A stretch of DNA of 64,000 nucleotides from Alphaproteobacteria bacterium (GCA_964291415.2 OZ219917.1:192001-256000), one strand, 5' to 3'. Positions 1-11,055 are shown, counted from the first letter of the stretch. The notes: generated by a model from the sequence alone, not told the origin. Program-made: numbers and translations.

Positions 1-29
1 ACGCAAGGATCGAACTGGGCTTCTACTGA
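1..29 (+). CDS. 3' end of probable SufT/DUF59 Fe-S assembly protein (partial)
   Basis: Reads ...ARIELGFY*, resembling SufT C-termini. Lies directly upstream of an A-type carrier gene. Confidence 0.5.
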
Positions 30-59
30 GCCCTGATGAGGACTGGAGAGGAAGCAGCC

Positions 60-404
60 ATGTTCGCAACACCCGGCAAGGATCTCATGACCCTGACCGA
101 CCGCGCCGCCGAGCGCGTCAAGGCGCTGATGCGCCTCAACGAGAACGCGATCGGGCTCAAGGTCGGAATCAAGATGGCCGGATGCAGCGGCTTTTCCTAC
201 ACGATGGACTATGCCGAGGAAGAGACCGGCCGGGAGGACAAGATCGAATCGAAGGGTGTCCGGCTCTTCATCGATCCCACCGCCTCGATGTTCCTGCTCG
301 GGACCGAACTCGACTGGCATGAGGACCAGTTGGAGAGCCGCTTCGTCTTCAACAATCCGAACGTGAAGGGCATGTGCGGTTGCGGTGAATCGTTCACCGT
401 CTGA
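60..404 (+). CDS. HesB/IscA/SufA A-type Fe-S cluster carrier
   Basis: GCSGFSY, GTELDW and FNNPN...CGCGESF motifs. Start could be 36 or 60. Confidence 0.95.
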   Translation: MFATPGKDLMTLTDRAAERVKALMRLNENAIGLKVGIKMAGCSGFSYTMDYAEEETGREDKIESKGVRLFIDPTASMFLLGTELDWHEDQLESRFVFNNPNVKGMCGCGESFTV

Positions 405-430
405 AGACCCCGTTTCCGGACATTTTCGTC

Positions 431-2365
431 GTGCGCCGTTCCTGCCTTGCCGTCCTGGCGGTCGTTCTCGGCACGATCGTCCCGGCGCAGGCTGACATTC
501 CTCCCCTGGGCGAGGACGACCTCGCCCGCTACCAGTCCGCCTTCTACCACGCCAAGAAGAACCAGTGGCGCGATGCGGCGATCTGGGCCTCCAGGGCCTC
601 CGATCCCGTGCTTGTCGACGTCATCGGGTGGATGCGGATGAAGGACGACTGGCGGGCCCCCTTCCACGACATCCAGGCTTTCCTGGAAACCCATCCTGAC
701 TGGCCGTCGCAGGACATGCTGCGCCGCAACGCCGAGGGCGCCATGCCGGACGCTCTCGAGAGCGGCGACGTGATCGCCCACTTCACGCGATGGCCGCCGC
801 TCACCGACCGGGGCATCCTGCGCCATGTCGAGGCCCTCCTCGATACCGGCCGCGAGAGCGAGGCCCGTGCGGCGGTCCTCGATGCCTGGCGGCACCACAC
901 GTTCAGGACATCGGATGAACGGACCTTTCTCAGGAGGTACGGCGCCTGGCTTCAACCCGAGGACCATCGGACGCGCGTCGACCGGCTGATCTGGCAGGGC
1001 GACACCGCCGCGGCGCGGCGCATTCTCCCCCGCCTCAAGGACGACGGGCTCGCCGCTCTGGGCGAGGCGCGCATACGCCTGAAGAACCGGGAATGGGGCG
1101 TGGACGCCGCGATCGCCGCGGTCCCGGCGCATCTCGTCGATGACGAGGCACTGCTCTTCGAGCGTGCCGACTGGCGCCTGGGCAGGGGGCGCCATGACGC
1201 TGCGCTGGAACTCGTTCTGCGCCTGCCGCGCGACATCGACCAGCCGGACCGGTGGGCTTTCCAGCGGCTTCGCATTGCCGGCGACCTGATGGCCAGGGGC
1301 GACATGGCCGGGGCTTATGATGTCGTGGCCGATCATCGCCGCCTCCATGGCGCCTTTCACCATCGCGCCGAGTGGCTGGCCGGCTGGATCGCCTTGCGCC
1401 GTCTCGACGACCCCGTCACCGCGCTCGGGCATTTCTCCTGGTTCCATGACCGGGTCAGCCTGCCGATCAGCCTGGCGCGCGGGGCCTACTGGAGCGCCAG
1501 GGCCGCGGAAGCGAGCGGCGATGCGGCGCTGGCCCGCGACTGGTTCAGCCGGGCAGCGGAGCACCCGCAGACCTTCTACGGACAGCTTGCCGCCATGCGC
1601 CAGGGCATCGACGTCACCCTGCCGGCGCCGCCCGTCATCGCCCGGACGGCCTCCGGAAACGGGCTCTTCACGGTTGTCCGCCGGCTGACCGAGGTCAAGG
1701 AATGGCGCCTCGCCGAGACCTTCCTGCAGCACATGGCCAAGAGGACCGAATCGGCTGAAGACCTGGAGGCCATCGCCGCCACCGCACTCGATCTCGAACT
1801 GCCCCACGCGGCCGTCAGGGTGGCGAAGACGGCGGCCGGCAAGGGCGTGGTGATGCCGGCGGCCGGCTATCCCGTCATCGCCCTGCCGGAGACCGGGAGC
1901 ATCGATGCCGACCTGGTGCTGGCCGTCATCAACCGCGAGAGCGAGTTCAACAGGCGCGCCGTCTCGGGCAGCGCGGCCTATGGTCTCATGCAGCTCCGCC
2001 TCGCCACCGCCCGCGCGACCGCCGCGCGGCTGGGTGTCGAGACATCGCGTGAACTGCTTCTCGGGAACTCCCGGCACAACATCAGGCTGGGCACCGCCTA
2101 CCTCAACCGGCTGATCGGAAGCTACCGCGGCTCCCTCGTTCTGGCCCTTGCCGCCTACAACGGCGGATCGGGAAACGTGGGCGTGTGGGTCAGGCGGTCG
2201 GGACGTCCCGACGATGCGGACGTCGATGCCATCGACTGGATCGAGAACATTCCCTTCCGCGAGACGCGAAACTACGTCCAGCGCGTGATCGAGGCCATGC
2301 AGGTCTATCGCATGCTGCGCGGCGAGAAACCCGTCGACCTCTTCCCGGCGACGGGAAGCTCCTGA
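431..2365 (+). CDS. Soluble lytic murein transglycosylase (Slt70-like)
   Basis: Signal peptide and helical repeat region. SLT motifs RESEF, GLMQL, AAYNGG and IPFRETRNYVQRV. Confidence 0.93.
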   Translation: MRRSCLAVLAVVLGTIVPAQADIPPLGEDDLARYQSAFYHAKKNQWRDAAIWASRASDPVLVDVIGWMRMKDDWRAPFHDIQAFLETHPDWPSQDMLRRNAEGAMPDALESGDVIAHFTRWPPLTDRGILRHVEALLDTGRESEARAAVLDAWRHHTFRTSDERTFLRRYGAWLQPEDHRTRVDRLIWQGDTAAARRILPRLKDDGLAALGEARIRLKNREWGVDAAIAAVPAHLVDDEALLFERADWRLGRGRHDAALELVLRLPRDIDQPDRWAFQRLRIAGDLMARGDMAGAYDVVADHRRLHGAFHHRAEWLAGWIALRRLDDPVTALGHFSWFHDRVSLPISLARGAYWSARAAEASGDAALARDWFSRAAEHPQTFYGQLAAMRQGIDVTLPAPPVIARTASGNGLFTVVRRLTEVKEWRLAETFLQHMAKRTESAEDLEAIAATALDLELPHAAVRVAKTAAGKGVVMPAAGYPVIALPETGSIDADLVLAVINRESEFNRRAVSGSAAYGLMQLRLATARATAARLGVETSRELLLGNSRHNIRLGTAYLNRLIGSYRGSLVLALAAYNGGSGNVGVWVRRSGRPDDADVDAIDWIENIPFRETRNYVQRVIEAMQVYRMLRGEKPVDLFPATGSS

Positions 2366-2402
2366 CCATGACGTGCCATCCGGCGAGCGAAGGACCCGAC
2401 CC

Positions 2403-3009
2403 ATGACCGAAGAAGCAGCTCAACATCATCGATCGCACGCCCCTCGACATGCTGACAAGCCGCCGCTCGGTCCTCGCCGCACGGCTGGCCGAACCGGGCC
2501 CGGACGAGACGGAACTGGCACGCATGCTGGAGGTGGCGGTGCGGGTTCCCGACCACGGACGCGTCACGCCATGGCGCCTGCAGGTCCTCACGCGGCAGGC
2601 GCAGCAGGAACTGGGAGACGCCTTTGCCAAGGAGTTCACGAGGCAGAACCCGGGGGTCCCGGAGGATCGTCTGCACCTCGAGTGGATTCGCCCGCAGCGC
2701 TCTCCGGTCCTCGTCATCGTCTCCAGCCGCATCGTGCCGGACCGCGAGGGCGTCCCTCCGGTCGAGCAGCTGCTGTCGTGCGGCAACGTCTGCTTCAACC
2801 TGCTGCATGCGGCGACGGCCCTGGGCTACGGCGCCCAGTGGGTCACCAACTGGCCGGCCTACAACGAGAACATCAAGGCCGTGCTCGGCATTCCGCCCGA
2901 CGACCACCTGGTCGGCTTCGTCCACATCGGCACCCCGAAGGGTCCTCCCCAGGAACGCCAGCGCCCGGAGATCACCGACGTGGTCTCGCACCTCGACAGC
3001 CTTCCCTGA
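2403..3009 (+). CDS. Nitroreductase family protein (YdjA-like)
   Basis: SRRS, VPDHG..PWR and GYGAQWVT motifs. ORF from 2449; the ATG at 2403 joins it through an apparent 1-nt indel near 2410. Confidence 0.9.
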
Positions 3010-3021
3010 CAAGTCTCAAGG

Positions 3022-3045
3022 GCTGCCCCGCCATAGCGGGGCGGC
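3022..3045 (+). terminator. GC-rich hairpin, possible terminator
   Basis: gctgccccgc-cata-gcggggcggc, a 10-bp stem just after the nitroreductase stop. No U-tract. Confidence 0.45.
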
Positions 3046-3134
3046 TGCAAGGGTGATGCCCGCCGCAATCTCCCGCTCGGGCAGTTTGATTTCGTTGGCA
3101 AGAGATTCCTTGCCAAGAGTTCCGAACTTATGCG

Positions 3135-3326
3135 CTACTCCAGCGGGGCTGGGTTTACGCACCGGGCCCTGGGTCTTTCCTCAGGGCCAATCGGGAACCA
3201 CGCCGAGTCGTCCTCGTCGTCAGAAAACCAACTGCATGTGGCATCGCCATCCTCGTCAAGGTGGTGACAGTCATGAGGGGGCCACCCGATCCGGCGAACG
3301 GTGTCACCCAGAACAATATCACTCAT
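3135..3326 (-). pseudogene. YodC/DUF2158-like small protein, frameshifted
   Basis: Reads across frames as MSDIVLGDTVR..SGGPLMTV..DEDGDATCSWF....AWFP. Confidence 0.65.
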
Positions 3327-3852
3327 CGTCGATTCTTCCATTGCCTCGGTCACATTTCTTCTTTTCATCTCTTATTTGGGGGCCACGGTTGACGGTGGAG
3401 AAGTTCGCTCTTGCCACCTGCTCCTTGTCATGCCCGGGTGACAATGCTGGAATCAATCCTGCCAAAATGCAGGTGCCCGTCCTCTCGGGCCACCCGTCGA
3501 ATATTGCGGTCCCGGATCGGTATGGGATCGCTCTTCATGACTTGGCGAATTAGGCGAGAACTAACCGCACCGATGTATGATGCACCGCGATACGGCATCG
3601 GCTTGCTGCTGGAAATGACGGCGTCAGTTGATCCACAATCAGGGGCTCATGCCATCGCGCCAACGGATCCTCAATCCACGCCTCCGCCGCCGCGCGGGAA
3701 ATCTGGATGGACCGTCTCTCCCGGTAGGACCGCCCAAGTTCAATGCTTGGCCTCCCGCCATTGGCAAGCACTGCGCCAAATCACGGACGGTGTCGGAATC
3801 GGCGTTGCCAGTGAATGAGACACTACGCCTGCCCGAAAATGGGACCGAAGAC

Positions 3853-4433
3853 ATGTGCCAAAATGAATTGCCCCTGATCCTCCCATGAAGTCGGAACGCC
3901 TGATCCATCAGACGGGCGACTGACGGCTACATCAACGCCACGGCCATGTGCCAAGCAGTGGGGCGCCCTTGGAATCGATAGACCGGGGGTCAACTCAGGA
4001 CGTCAGGCCGATACCGGTATTCCGGCCTGCAGTTAGAGGTGGCGTCCCAGACTTATGCACATGGGTTCACCCGCATGCACTTGGTCAATGGCTTTCGCCT
4101 CAGTTCGCCGTTCACGGTCAAGTGGGTATTCGAGTGGCTCAACGGTCAGGCAGGAGGTTGCGGCTTCCCGATCAGGCGTACTTGGGACAAGATGCCTCCA
4201 TCGATCTGGACCGAAGGTCACGGCATCTCCACCGTGCCTTGGGCCAGTTCTCTCGGCTCCGAGCAGAGCGCCAGCTTCCCAACTTACCAGCACGAGTTTC
4301 TCGACCATCCCACCGTCGATGCACGCCGTATCCCAACGAAGTGATGACCGAGTTCAACGCAACAATCGCTGAGAAATGGGCGGCTGTCCGGCAGAAAGCG
4401 CGACCAAGCCTCCCTCGAACCCCATCCAGTTAA
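3853..4433 (+). pseudogene. KilA-N domain DNA-binding protein, multiply frameshifted
   Basis: Fragments MCQNELPLI, ATDGYINATAMCQAVG, TWVHP..LGQWLSPQFAV and KWVFEWLNG. Confidence 0.8.
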
Positions 4434-4552
4434 GCCTAAATCAGGTCTGCTGGAAGGCCGCATTAGTCCCAAAATATTGCCAAGGGACGACTGTCCCGAG
4501 CGGAACCTAACTGCCTCGACCGCCGAAGACGGGGACGAGGCCGCACCGTGCT

Positions 4553-6031
4553 TCATGCCGTCGAAGATCGTAGGAAGAGCCGAAGGCGGCATCTCCACCG
4601 TCGGCCAGCGATCGGCAGCGCCGCCCGGACCTCTTGATCGAGGCGCGTATCCACCGTCACGAGGTCGCCGCCGCTGACATCGATCCGCGGCGTGTGATAG
4701 GCCCCCTCCAGCGTCATGCCGTAATCGACGAGCAGCGACACGAGCTGGAAGATCGCCGGGAAGATGCGGCGGCCACCGGATGCTCCGAGCGCCACGTTGC
4801 CAGCCGGCGATCCCGTCACGATGGTGGGGCACATGTTCGAGAGCGGCTGCCGGCCGGGCGCCATGGAGTTGGGCCGGCCGGATCTCGGATCAAACCACAT
4901 CACACCGTTGTTCATGAGGAGGCCCGTGCGGGGCAGCATGACGCGGCTGCCGAAGACGGAGAGCAGGGTCTGGGTGAGGGCGACCATGTTGCCGTTCCGA
5001 TCAACCACACTGAGGTGCGTCGTGGAACCCTTGCCTTCGGCCCAGCCCATGGTGGCGAGGCGGTGACGATAGGCGGCAAAAAGCGTGTCGGCCCAGGCCT
5101 CGAAGCCGGACGCATCGGGAGCCGACCCTTGCGCACTCCACGAGGCGGCGAGACGGGAGAGCGCATCGATGAGTGTCGGTCCGGCGTTGAGTCCGGGTGG
5201 AACGTTGATCCGGGCACCGCGGTAGGTGTCACGCAACGCCGGTGCGATCGTCGCCTCGCAGCGCCGGAGATCCTCGAGGCCGACCCGTGATCCCGCCTCC
5301 TCGAGATCGGCGACGAGGAGACGGGCGAGATCGCCGTGATAGAAGTCTTGAGCCCCGGCATCGCGCAGCCGTTCCAGGGAGGCGACAAGGGCCTCGTTTT
5401 CGAGAATCGCGAGATCGTCCTGTTCAACGCTCGCCGCCGGCAGACCCCCAGGCAAGAAATGGTCGCGGCTGGTCTGGTAGGCCGCCAGGCCGCGCGCCTC
5501 GAGGGCGATCCTCAGGGTGGTGTGCCAGTCGACCTTGAGACCCCTCTTCGCAAGGTCGATGGCGGGAGCGAGGACTTCCGAAAGCGGCATGGTGCCGAAG
5601 CGCTCGAGGGCGGCGGCCATGCCGGCGGCCTGGGTCGGAACGGCGATCGAGAGCGGCCCCTGGACGTTGCGGTCGTCCTTCACCCGGGGCCAGCCGAAGA
5701 GATCGTCGTCCGCGCCACCGTCTTCCTCGACGGGATAGTCCGCAGGATCGAGGGCCAGCGGGGCACGCGTGTGAAAGTCGACCGCGTGACAGTCGCCGCC
5801 TTCGGCGTCGAGGACCATCATGTAGCCGCAACCGCCCAGCCCGCTCATCCACGGTTCGACCACGCCCAGCGCGAAGCTCGTCGCCACCGCGGCATCGACC
5901 GCGTTGCCTCCGGCCTTGAGGACTTCCGCGCCGACAGCCGACGCCTCGTAGTGCTGGCTGGCGACCACGCCCTCCCGGCTGGCAACGGCCGGCTTGGTGA
6001 TGCGCCAGGTCTCCTCAAGTGTCCACGTCAT
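4553..6031 (-). CDS. Gamma-glutamyltransferase family protein
   Basis: GGNAVDAAVA, EPWMSGLGG, TTHLSVVD (Thr nucleophile) and GASGGRRI motifs. The extreme C-terminus appears frameshifted near 4620. Confidence 0.93.
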   Translation of the reverse strand: MTWTLEETWRITKPAVASREGVVASQHYEASAVGAEVLKAGGNAVDAAVATSFALGVVEPWMSGLGGCGYMMVLDAEGGDCHAVDFHTRAPLALDPADYPVEEDGGADDDLFGWPRVKDDRNVQGPLSIAVPTQAAGMAAALERFGTMPLSEVLAPAIDLAKRGLKVDWHTTLRIALEARGLAAYQTSRDHFLPGGLPAASVEQDDLAILENEALVASLERLRDAGAQDFYHGDLARLLVADLEEAGSRVGLEDLRRCEATIAPALRDTYRGARINVPPGLNAGPTLIDALSRLAASWSAQGSAPDASGFEAWADTLFAAYRHRLATMGWAEGKGSTTHLSVVDRNGNMVALTQTLLSVFGSRVMLPRTGLLMNNGVMWFDPRSGRPNSMAPGRQPLSNMCPTIVTGSPAGNVALGASGGRRIFPAIFQLVSLLVDYGMTLEGAYHTPRIDVSGGDLVTVDTRLDQEVRAALPIAGRRWRCRLRLFLRSSTA

Positions 6032-6123
6032 GGCTGCCAGGGCTCCGGATGGAAGAATGGAGGATGAACAATAGGTCGGCTATCGTTGCGGCGTCATCCC
6101 CCGTGACGGGAGTTCCCCAGCCG

Positions 6124-7416
6124 ATGAGTCCTTTCAGCAGCACCTTCAAGACGGACCCCTACTGGTGGGACGACGCACCGCCCACCCGTCACGACGTGGA
6201 AACGCTCCCCTCCGACATCGACGTGGCGATCGTCGGCAGCGGCTACACCGGTCTCAACGCCGCCATCGTCCTGGCGCGGGCCGGGCGCAGCGTCATCATC
6301 CTCGAGGCCGAAGAGACCGCCTGGGGGTGCAGTTCACGCAACGGCGGCCAGATCAGCCCCGGCGTCAAGCCCGGCGTCGCCACGCTCGAGCGGCGCTACG
6401 GGCGCGAGGCGGCCCACGCCATCCTCCGCGAGGGGCATGCCAGCCTCGAGTTCCTGGGGGATTTCATCGAAGAGGAAGGCATCGACTGCGACTACGTGCG
6501 TTGTGGCCGCTTCATCGGCGTCCACCGGCCCAACCGCTACGACGCCCTGGCGGCTCATTTCAAGGAATCGTCCAGCGTCGTCCCCTTCGAATGGCACATG
6601 GTTCCACCAGCCGAGACGACGGACGAACTCGGCACCGAGACCTATCACGGAGGCGCCGTGCTGCCGGCCCACGCCAGCCTGCATCCCGCCCGCTACGCCG
6701 CAGGCCTCGCCGAGCGAGCGACCAGGGCGGGGGCGGTCATCGCCACGAGCACCGAGGTCAATGGCATCGCGGCCGAAGACGGTCACGTCACGGTCAGCAC
6801 CCGTCGCGGCGCCATCCGGGCCCGGGACGTCATCGTCGCCACCAACGGCTACACCGGAAGGACGACACCCGGACTGCAGCGGCGCGTCATCCCCATCGGC
6901 AGCTACGTCATCGCCACCGAGCCGCTGGAGCCTGCCGTCATGGAGCGCATCATGCCGAAGAAGCGGGTGATCTCCGACACCCGCAAGGTGGTCTACTACT
7001 ACCGGCCGTCCCCCGATCACACGAGGGTGGTGTTCGGCGGCCGCGTCGCCCTGGGCGAATCCGACCCGCGCGTCAGCGCGCCACGCCTCCACAACGTCAT
7101 GACCGGCCTCTTTCCGGAACTCGGAAACGTCGGGATCTCGCACAGCTGGATGGGATTCGTCGCCTACACCTTCGATGAAATCCCGCACATCGGTCAACGC
7201 GACGGAGTCTGGTTCTCGACCGGCTACTGCGGGTCCGGTGTCGCCTGGGCGAGCTATCTCGGACACCGCCTGGGCCACAAGGTCCTGGGGAACGCCGAGG
7301 GCCGCACGGCCTTCGACGACATGCCCTTCCCGACCCGTCCGCTCTACACCGGCAAACCCTGGTTCCTCGGCTTCGCCCTTGCCTGGCACAAGACGATGGA
7401 CCGCTGGGGTCCCTGA
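6124..7416 (+). CDS. FAD-dependent oxidoreductase (DAO/PuuB-like)
   Basis: DVAIVGSGYTG, SSRNGG, ATNGY and GYCGSGV motifs. Confidence 0.9.
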   Translation: MSPFSSTFKTDPYWWDDAPPTRHDVETLPSDIDVAIVGSGYTGLNAAIVLARAGRSVIILEAEETAWGCSSRNGGQISPGVKPGVATLERRYGREAAHAILREGHASLEFLGDFIEEEGIDCDYVRCGRFIGVHRPNRYDALAAHFKESSSVVPFEWHMVPPAETTDELGTETYHGGAVLPAHASLHPARYAAGLAERATRAGAVIATSTEVNGIAAEDGHVTVSTRRGAIRARDVIVATNGYTGRTTPGLQRRVIPIGSYVIATEPLEPAVMERIMPKKRVISDTRKVVYYYRPSPDHTRVVFGGRVALGESDPRVSAPRLHNVMTGLFPELGNVGISHSWMGFVAYTFDEIPHIGQRDGVWFSTGYCGSGVAWASYLGHRLGHKVLGNAEGRTAFDDMPFPTRPLYTGKPWFLGFALAWHKTMDRWGP

Positions 7417-7458
7417 CGCAGTGGAAAGCCGCCGGCCGACCGGATAGGGTCGCGCTCC

Positions 7459-10400
7459 ATGTACTTCGATCGTCGACTGTGGGCGTTCACCGAAGGGGTG
7501 CGCGGCCGCATGGCATTCTCCGTCATCGTCGGACTCGCCGCGGCATGCGTCGGCGTCGCCCGCCTTGCGCTCCTTGGCTGGCTGATCGCCCTGGTGTTCG
7601 AGGGCCGCCCCTTCGCGGAGCTCGTGATGCCGATGGCCATCGTCGCCGGCGTCATGGTGGCCCGCGGACTGCTGGAGTACGTCAGGGTCATGGTCGCCCA
7701 CGAAACGGCGGCCCGCGTCCAGATCGCCATCCGCAAGACAATCTACGACAAGGCCGTCATCCTGGGGCCCGCCTGGTTCGGTCAGCAGCGCACCGGGGAC
7801 GTGGTGCTCTCGGTGGTCGACGGCGTGGAACAGCTCGAGACCTACTTCGGCGAGTTCCTTCCCACCCTGCTGATCGCCATCGTCACGCCGGTCGCCATCT
7901 TCGCCTTCGTCGCCTTTCTCGACCTGCCGGTCGCCGCCGTCCTCGTCACCGGGGCCATCCTCGCTCTCGTCCTGCCGATGGCCTTCCACCGCCTCGACTA
8001 CCAGGCGAGCATCAACCGCTCGCGGGCCTACGGCGAGTTCGGCGCCGAGTTCCTCGATGCCGTGCAGGGCCTTGCCACGCTCAAGGCCTTCGGCCAGAGC
8101 ACGGCCAGGGCCGTGGCCCTGGCAGCGAAGGCGAAGGCTCTCGCCTTCGGCACGCTGTGGGTGACCGCGGTCAATTCTCTGGGCCGCGGCATCACCGATG
8201 CCTCGATCGCCGTCGCCGCAGCCGCCGCGCTGGGCTACGGCGCCTGGCGCGTCGAGGCCGGTCTCATGGAGCTTTCCACGCTTCTCATCGTGCTGATGAT
8301 GGGGGTCGAGCTCTTCCGCCCCTTGCGCGACATGAGGACCCAGCTTCACACCGGCATGCTCGGCCAGTCGGCGACCGAGGCCATTTTCCGGGTTCTCGAC
8401 GCACGCCCCCTCGTCGACGAGCCGGCCACCCCCGAACCGGCATCCAACGACGGCACCGCCGAGGGCCTTGCCTTCAGGGACGTCACCTTCACCTATCCAG
8501 GCGAAGCGGACGCCACCCACGAGGGCCTCTCGTTCTCCCTTGCGAAGGGGGAGAGCGTCGGCGTCGTCGGACCGTCAGGCGCAGGCAAGTCCTCCATCGT
8601 GCGCCTGCTGCTGCGGTTCTGGGATCCTGAAGGAGGGTCGATCACCATCGGCGGCCGCGACATCCGGACCATGGCAAGCGACGATCTCCGCCGGCAGATC
8701 GCGGTCGTCAACCAGGACACCTACCTCTTTCACGGCACCGTCGAAGACAATCTGAAGTTCGGCAAGCCCGATGCGACTGAAGCCGAGATGGAGGAAGCCT
8801 GCCGCCTCGCCAACGCCCACGACTTCATCTCCGCCCTGCCGTCCGGCTACCAGACGGTGGTCGGCGAGCGCGGCATCAGGCTCTCCGGCGGCCAGCGCCA
8901 GAGAATCGCCATCGCCCGCGCGGTGCTGCGCGACGCGCCCATCCTCGTGCTCGACGAGGCGCTCTCGGCCATCGATGCCGAGAACGAGGCGGTCATCCAG
9001 CAGGCGCTGTTCCGCCTCATGCAGGACCGCACGACGCTCATCCTCGCCCATCGCCTGTCCAGCGTCATCCGGGCCGACCGGATCCTTGTCCTGGGCGAGG
9101 GAAGGGTCGTCGAGGAGGGACCCCACGACGATCTCATGGAGCGCCGCGGCGTCTACTTCTCGCTCATGCACGAACAGGCCTCCGAGCCGCTGGCGAGGAG
9201 CGACGACTTCATCACGGCGGGCGAGGAGACGGCGTCCGCGGAAAGGGACCGGGACATGGCGGCCCGCGCTGCCGCCGAGGCCGAGCCGACCCACGGCATC
9301 CTGCGCGCCGAGGGCCTGGGCTGGGCGGGTGCGACGGAGGTCCTTCTCTCCTTCGTCTCCAGCGAGCGCCTGCGCCTGCTGGCGACCTTCATCTTTGGCG
9401 TGAGCCGCGTCGTCAGCTTCATCGGCGTCGGCGTTCTCTCCGCCCTCGTGGTGGCGCGCATCGCCAACGGGGAAGACTGGTCCGGGCTCCTGGTCTGGCT
9501 TGCCGTCGCAGCGCCGCTCGCCGGAGTGCTGCACTGGCTCGAATCGTGGTTCGCCCACGACATGGCGTTTCGCCTGCTGGCGCGCATGCGGATCAGGCTC
9601 TTCGACAAGATCGACAGCCTGGCGCCGGCCTACCTCCTGCGCAGGCGCACCGGCGATCTCTCGGCCATGGCCACCCAGGACATCGAGACCATCGAATCGT
9701 TCTACGCCCACACCGTGGCGCCGGCCTTCGTTGCGGTCCTCACCCCTGCCATCGTGATCGGTGTCCTGGTGTCGTTCGGCTGGCCCATGGCGCTGGCCCT
9801 CGTTCCCTTCCTCGCCATCGTCGCGCTCTCTCCGGTCATGCTGCGCGGCCGCCTCGATCGCCTGGGTTCGCAAGCCCGCGAGGCGCTGGGCGAACTCAAC
9901 GCCTTCACCGCCGATTCGATCCAGGGCCTGGGCGAAATTCTGGCCTTCCGCCAGATCCGCGAACGCCGTGGCAGCTTCGTCGCCATTGCCGAGGCGGTCT
10001 ACCAGGCGCGTCTCCCCTTCTTCCGCGACCTCACGGTCCAGATGGCCATCCTCGAGGTGGCGACGGGCCTGGGCGGCCTGGCGATCATCGTCACCGGCGC
10101 CGCCATGGTGACCGCAGGCCAGCTCGACGGCAGCCTGCTTCCCTTCTTCACGCTGCTCGCCATGGCGTCCTTCCTGCCGGTGAGCGAGATCGCCCACGTC
10201 GGCCGCCAGCTCGCCGATACCCTGGGCGCAGCGCGGCGCCTCCACGCGGTCGACCGCGAACCCGTGACCATCGCCGACGGACCCGGCATCCAGTCAAAAC
10301 GCACCAGCGGCGGCGCTGCGATCACCCTCGAGAACGTCTCCTACACCTATCCCGGCCGCATCGAGCCCGCCGTCGCAGACGTCGACCTCGCAATTCCAGC

Positions 10401-11055
10401 CGGTTCCACCGTGGCCCTCGTCGGCCCCAGCGGCGCCGGCAAGACGACCATGGCCCACCTCCTGATGCGGTTCTGGGACTGCGACCAAGGCCGCATCACC
10501 CTCGACGGCGACGACATCAGGGACTACCGCCTCGACGACTTGAGATCCCGCACGGCCCTGGTGGCCCAGGACACCTTCCTCTTCAACGACACCCTCAAGG
10601 CCAACATCCTGATCGCCCGCCCGGACGCCAGCGACGATGACCTCACCGAAGCCATCGCCAACGCCTCCCTCGACGATGTCGTCTCAAGCCTCAGGGACGG
10701 CCTCGACACCCGCCTCGGAGAGCGTGGCGCCCGGCTTTCCGGCGGCCAGCGCCAGCGCGTCGCCATCGCCCGCGCCTTCCTGAAAGACGCCCCGATCCTC
10801 ATTCTCGACGAGGCCACAAGCCACCTCGACGCCGTCAACGAGATGGCCGTCCGCCGCGCCCTCACCAGGCTCATGACCGACCGCACGACACTCGTCATCG
10901 CCCACCGCCTCTCCACCATCCGCAACGCCGACATCATCGTCGCCATGGAGAACGGCCGCATCGTCGAACAGGGAACCCACGACGAGCTCGCATCATCCGA
11001 CGGCCTCTACTCCCGCCTCGTCCGCCACCAGATGGCCACCGCCCGCGCCGCTTGA
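7459..11055 (+). CDS. Fused ABC exporter (TMD-NBD-TMD-NBD), CydDC-like
   Basis: Two transmembrane domains, two GPSGAGK Walker A motifs, two LSGGQRQR signatures and two LDEA Walker B motifs. Confidence 0.92.
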   Translation: MYFDRRLWAFTEGVRGRMAFSVIVGLAAACVGVARLALLGWLIALVFEGRPFAELVMPMAIVAGVMVARGLLEYVRVMVAHETAARVQIAIRKTIYDKAVILGPAWFGQQRTGDVVLSVVDGVEQLETYFGEFLPTLLIAIVTPVAIFAFVAFLDLPVAAVLVTGAILALVLPMAFHRLDYQASINRSRAYGEFGAEFLDAVQGLATLKAFGQSTARAVALAAKAKALAFGTLWVTAVNSLGRGITDASIAVAAAAALGYGAWRVEAGLMELSTLLIVLMMGVELFRPLRDMRTQLHTGMLGQSATEAIFRVLDARPLVDEPATPEPASNDGTAEGLAFRDVTFTYPGEADATHEGLSFSLAKGESVGVVGPSGAGKSSIVRLLLRFWDPEGGSITIGGRDIRTMASDDLRRQIAVVNQDTYLFHGTVEDNLKFGKPDATEAEMEEACRLANAHDFISALPSGYQTVVGERGIRLSGGQRQRIAIARAVLRDAPILVLDEALSAIDAENEAVIQQALFRLMQDRTTLILAHRLSSVIRADRILVLGEGRVVEEGPHDDLMERRGVYFSLMHEQASEPLARSDDFITAGEETASAERDRDMAARAAAEAEPTHGILRAEGLGWAGATEVLLSFVSSERLRLLATFIFGVSRVVSFIGVGVLSALVVARIANGEDWSGLLVWLAVAAPLAGVLHWLESWFAHDMAFRLLARMRIRLFDKIDSLAPAYLLRRRTGDLSAMATQDIETIESFYAHTVAPAFVAVLTPAIVIGVLVSFGWPMALALVPFLAIVALSPVMLRGRLDRLGSQAREALGELNAFTADSIQGLGEILAFRQIRERRGSFVAIAEAVYQARLPFFRDLTVQMAILEVATGLGGLAIIVTGAAMVTAGQLDGSLLPFFTLLAMASFLPVSEIAHVGRQLADTLGAARRLHAVDREPVTIADGPGIQSKRTSGGAAITLENVSYTYPGRIEPAVADVDLAIPAGSTVALVGPSGAGKTTMAHLLMRFWDCDQGRITLDGDDIRDYRLDDLRSRTALVAQDTFLFNDTLKANILIARPDASDDDLTEAIANASLDDVVSSLRDGLDTRLGERGARLSGGQRQRVAIARAFLKDAPILILDEATSHLDAVNEMAVRRALTRLMTDRTTLVIAHRLSTIRNADIIVAMENGRIVEQGTHDELASSDGLYSRLVRHQMATARAA

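Noticed and set aside
209-2404. Long antisense ORFs (731 aa here; also 6334-8520, 8575-10245, 21493-23250, 29835-31547)
   Set aside because: These are shadows of real GC-rich genes on the opposite strand and carry no motifs.
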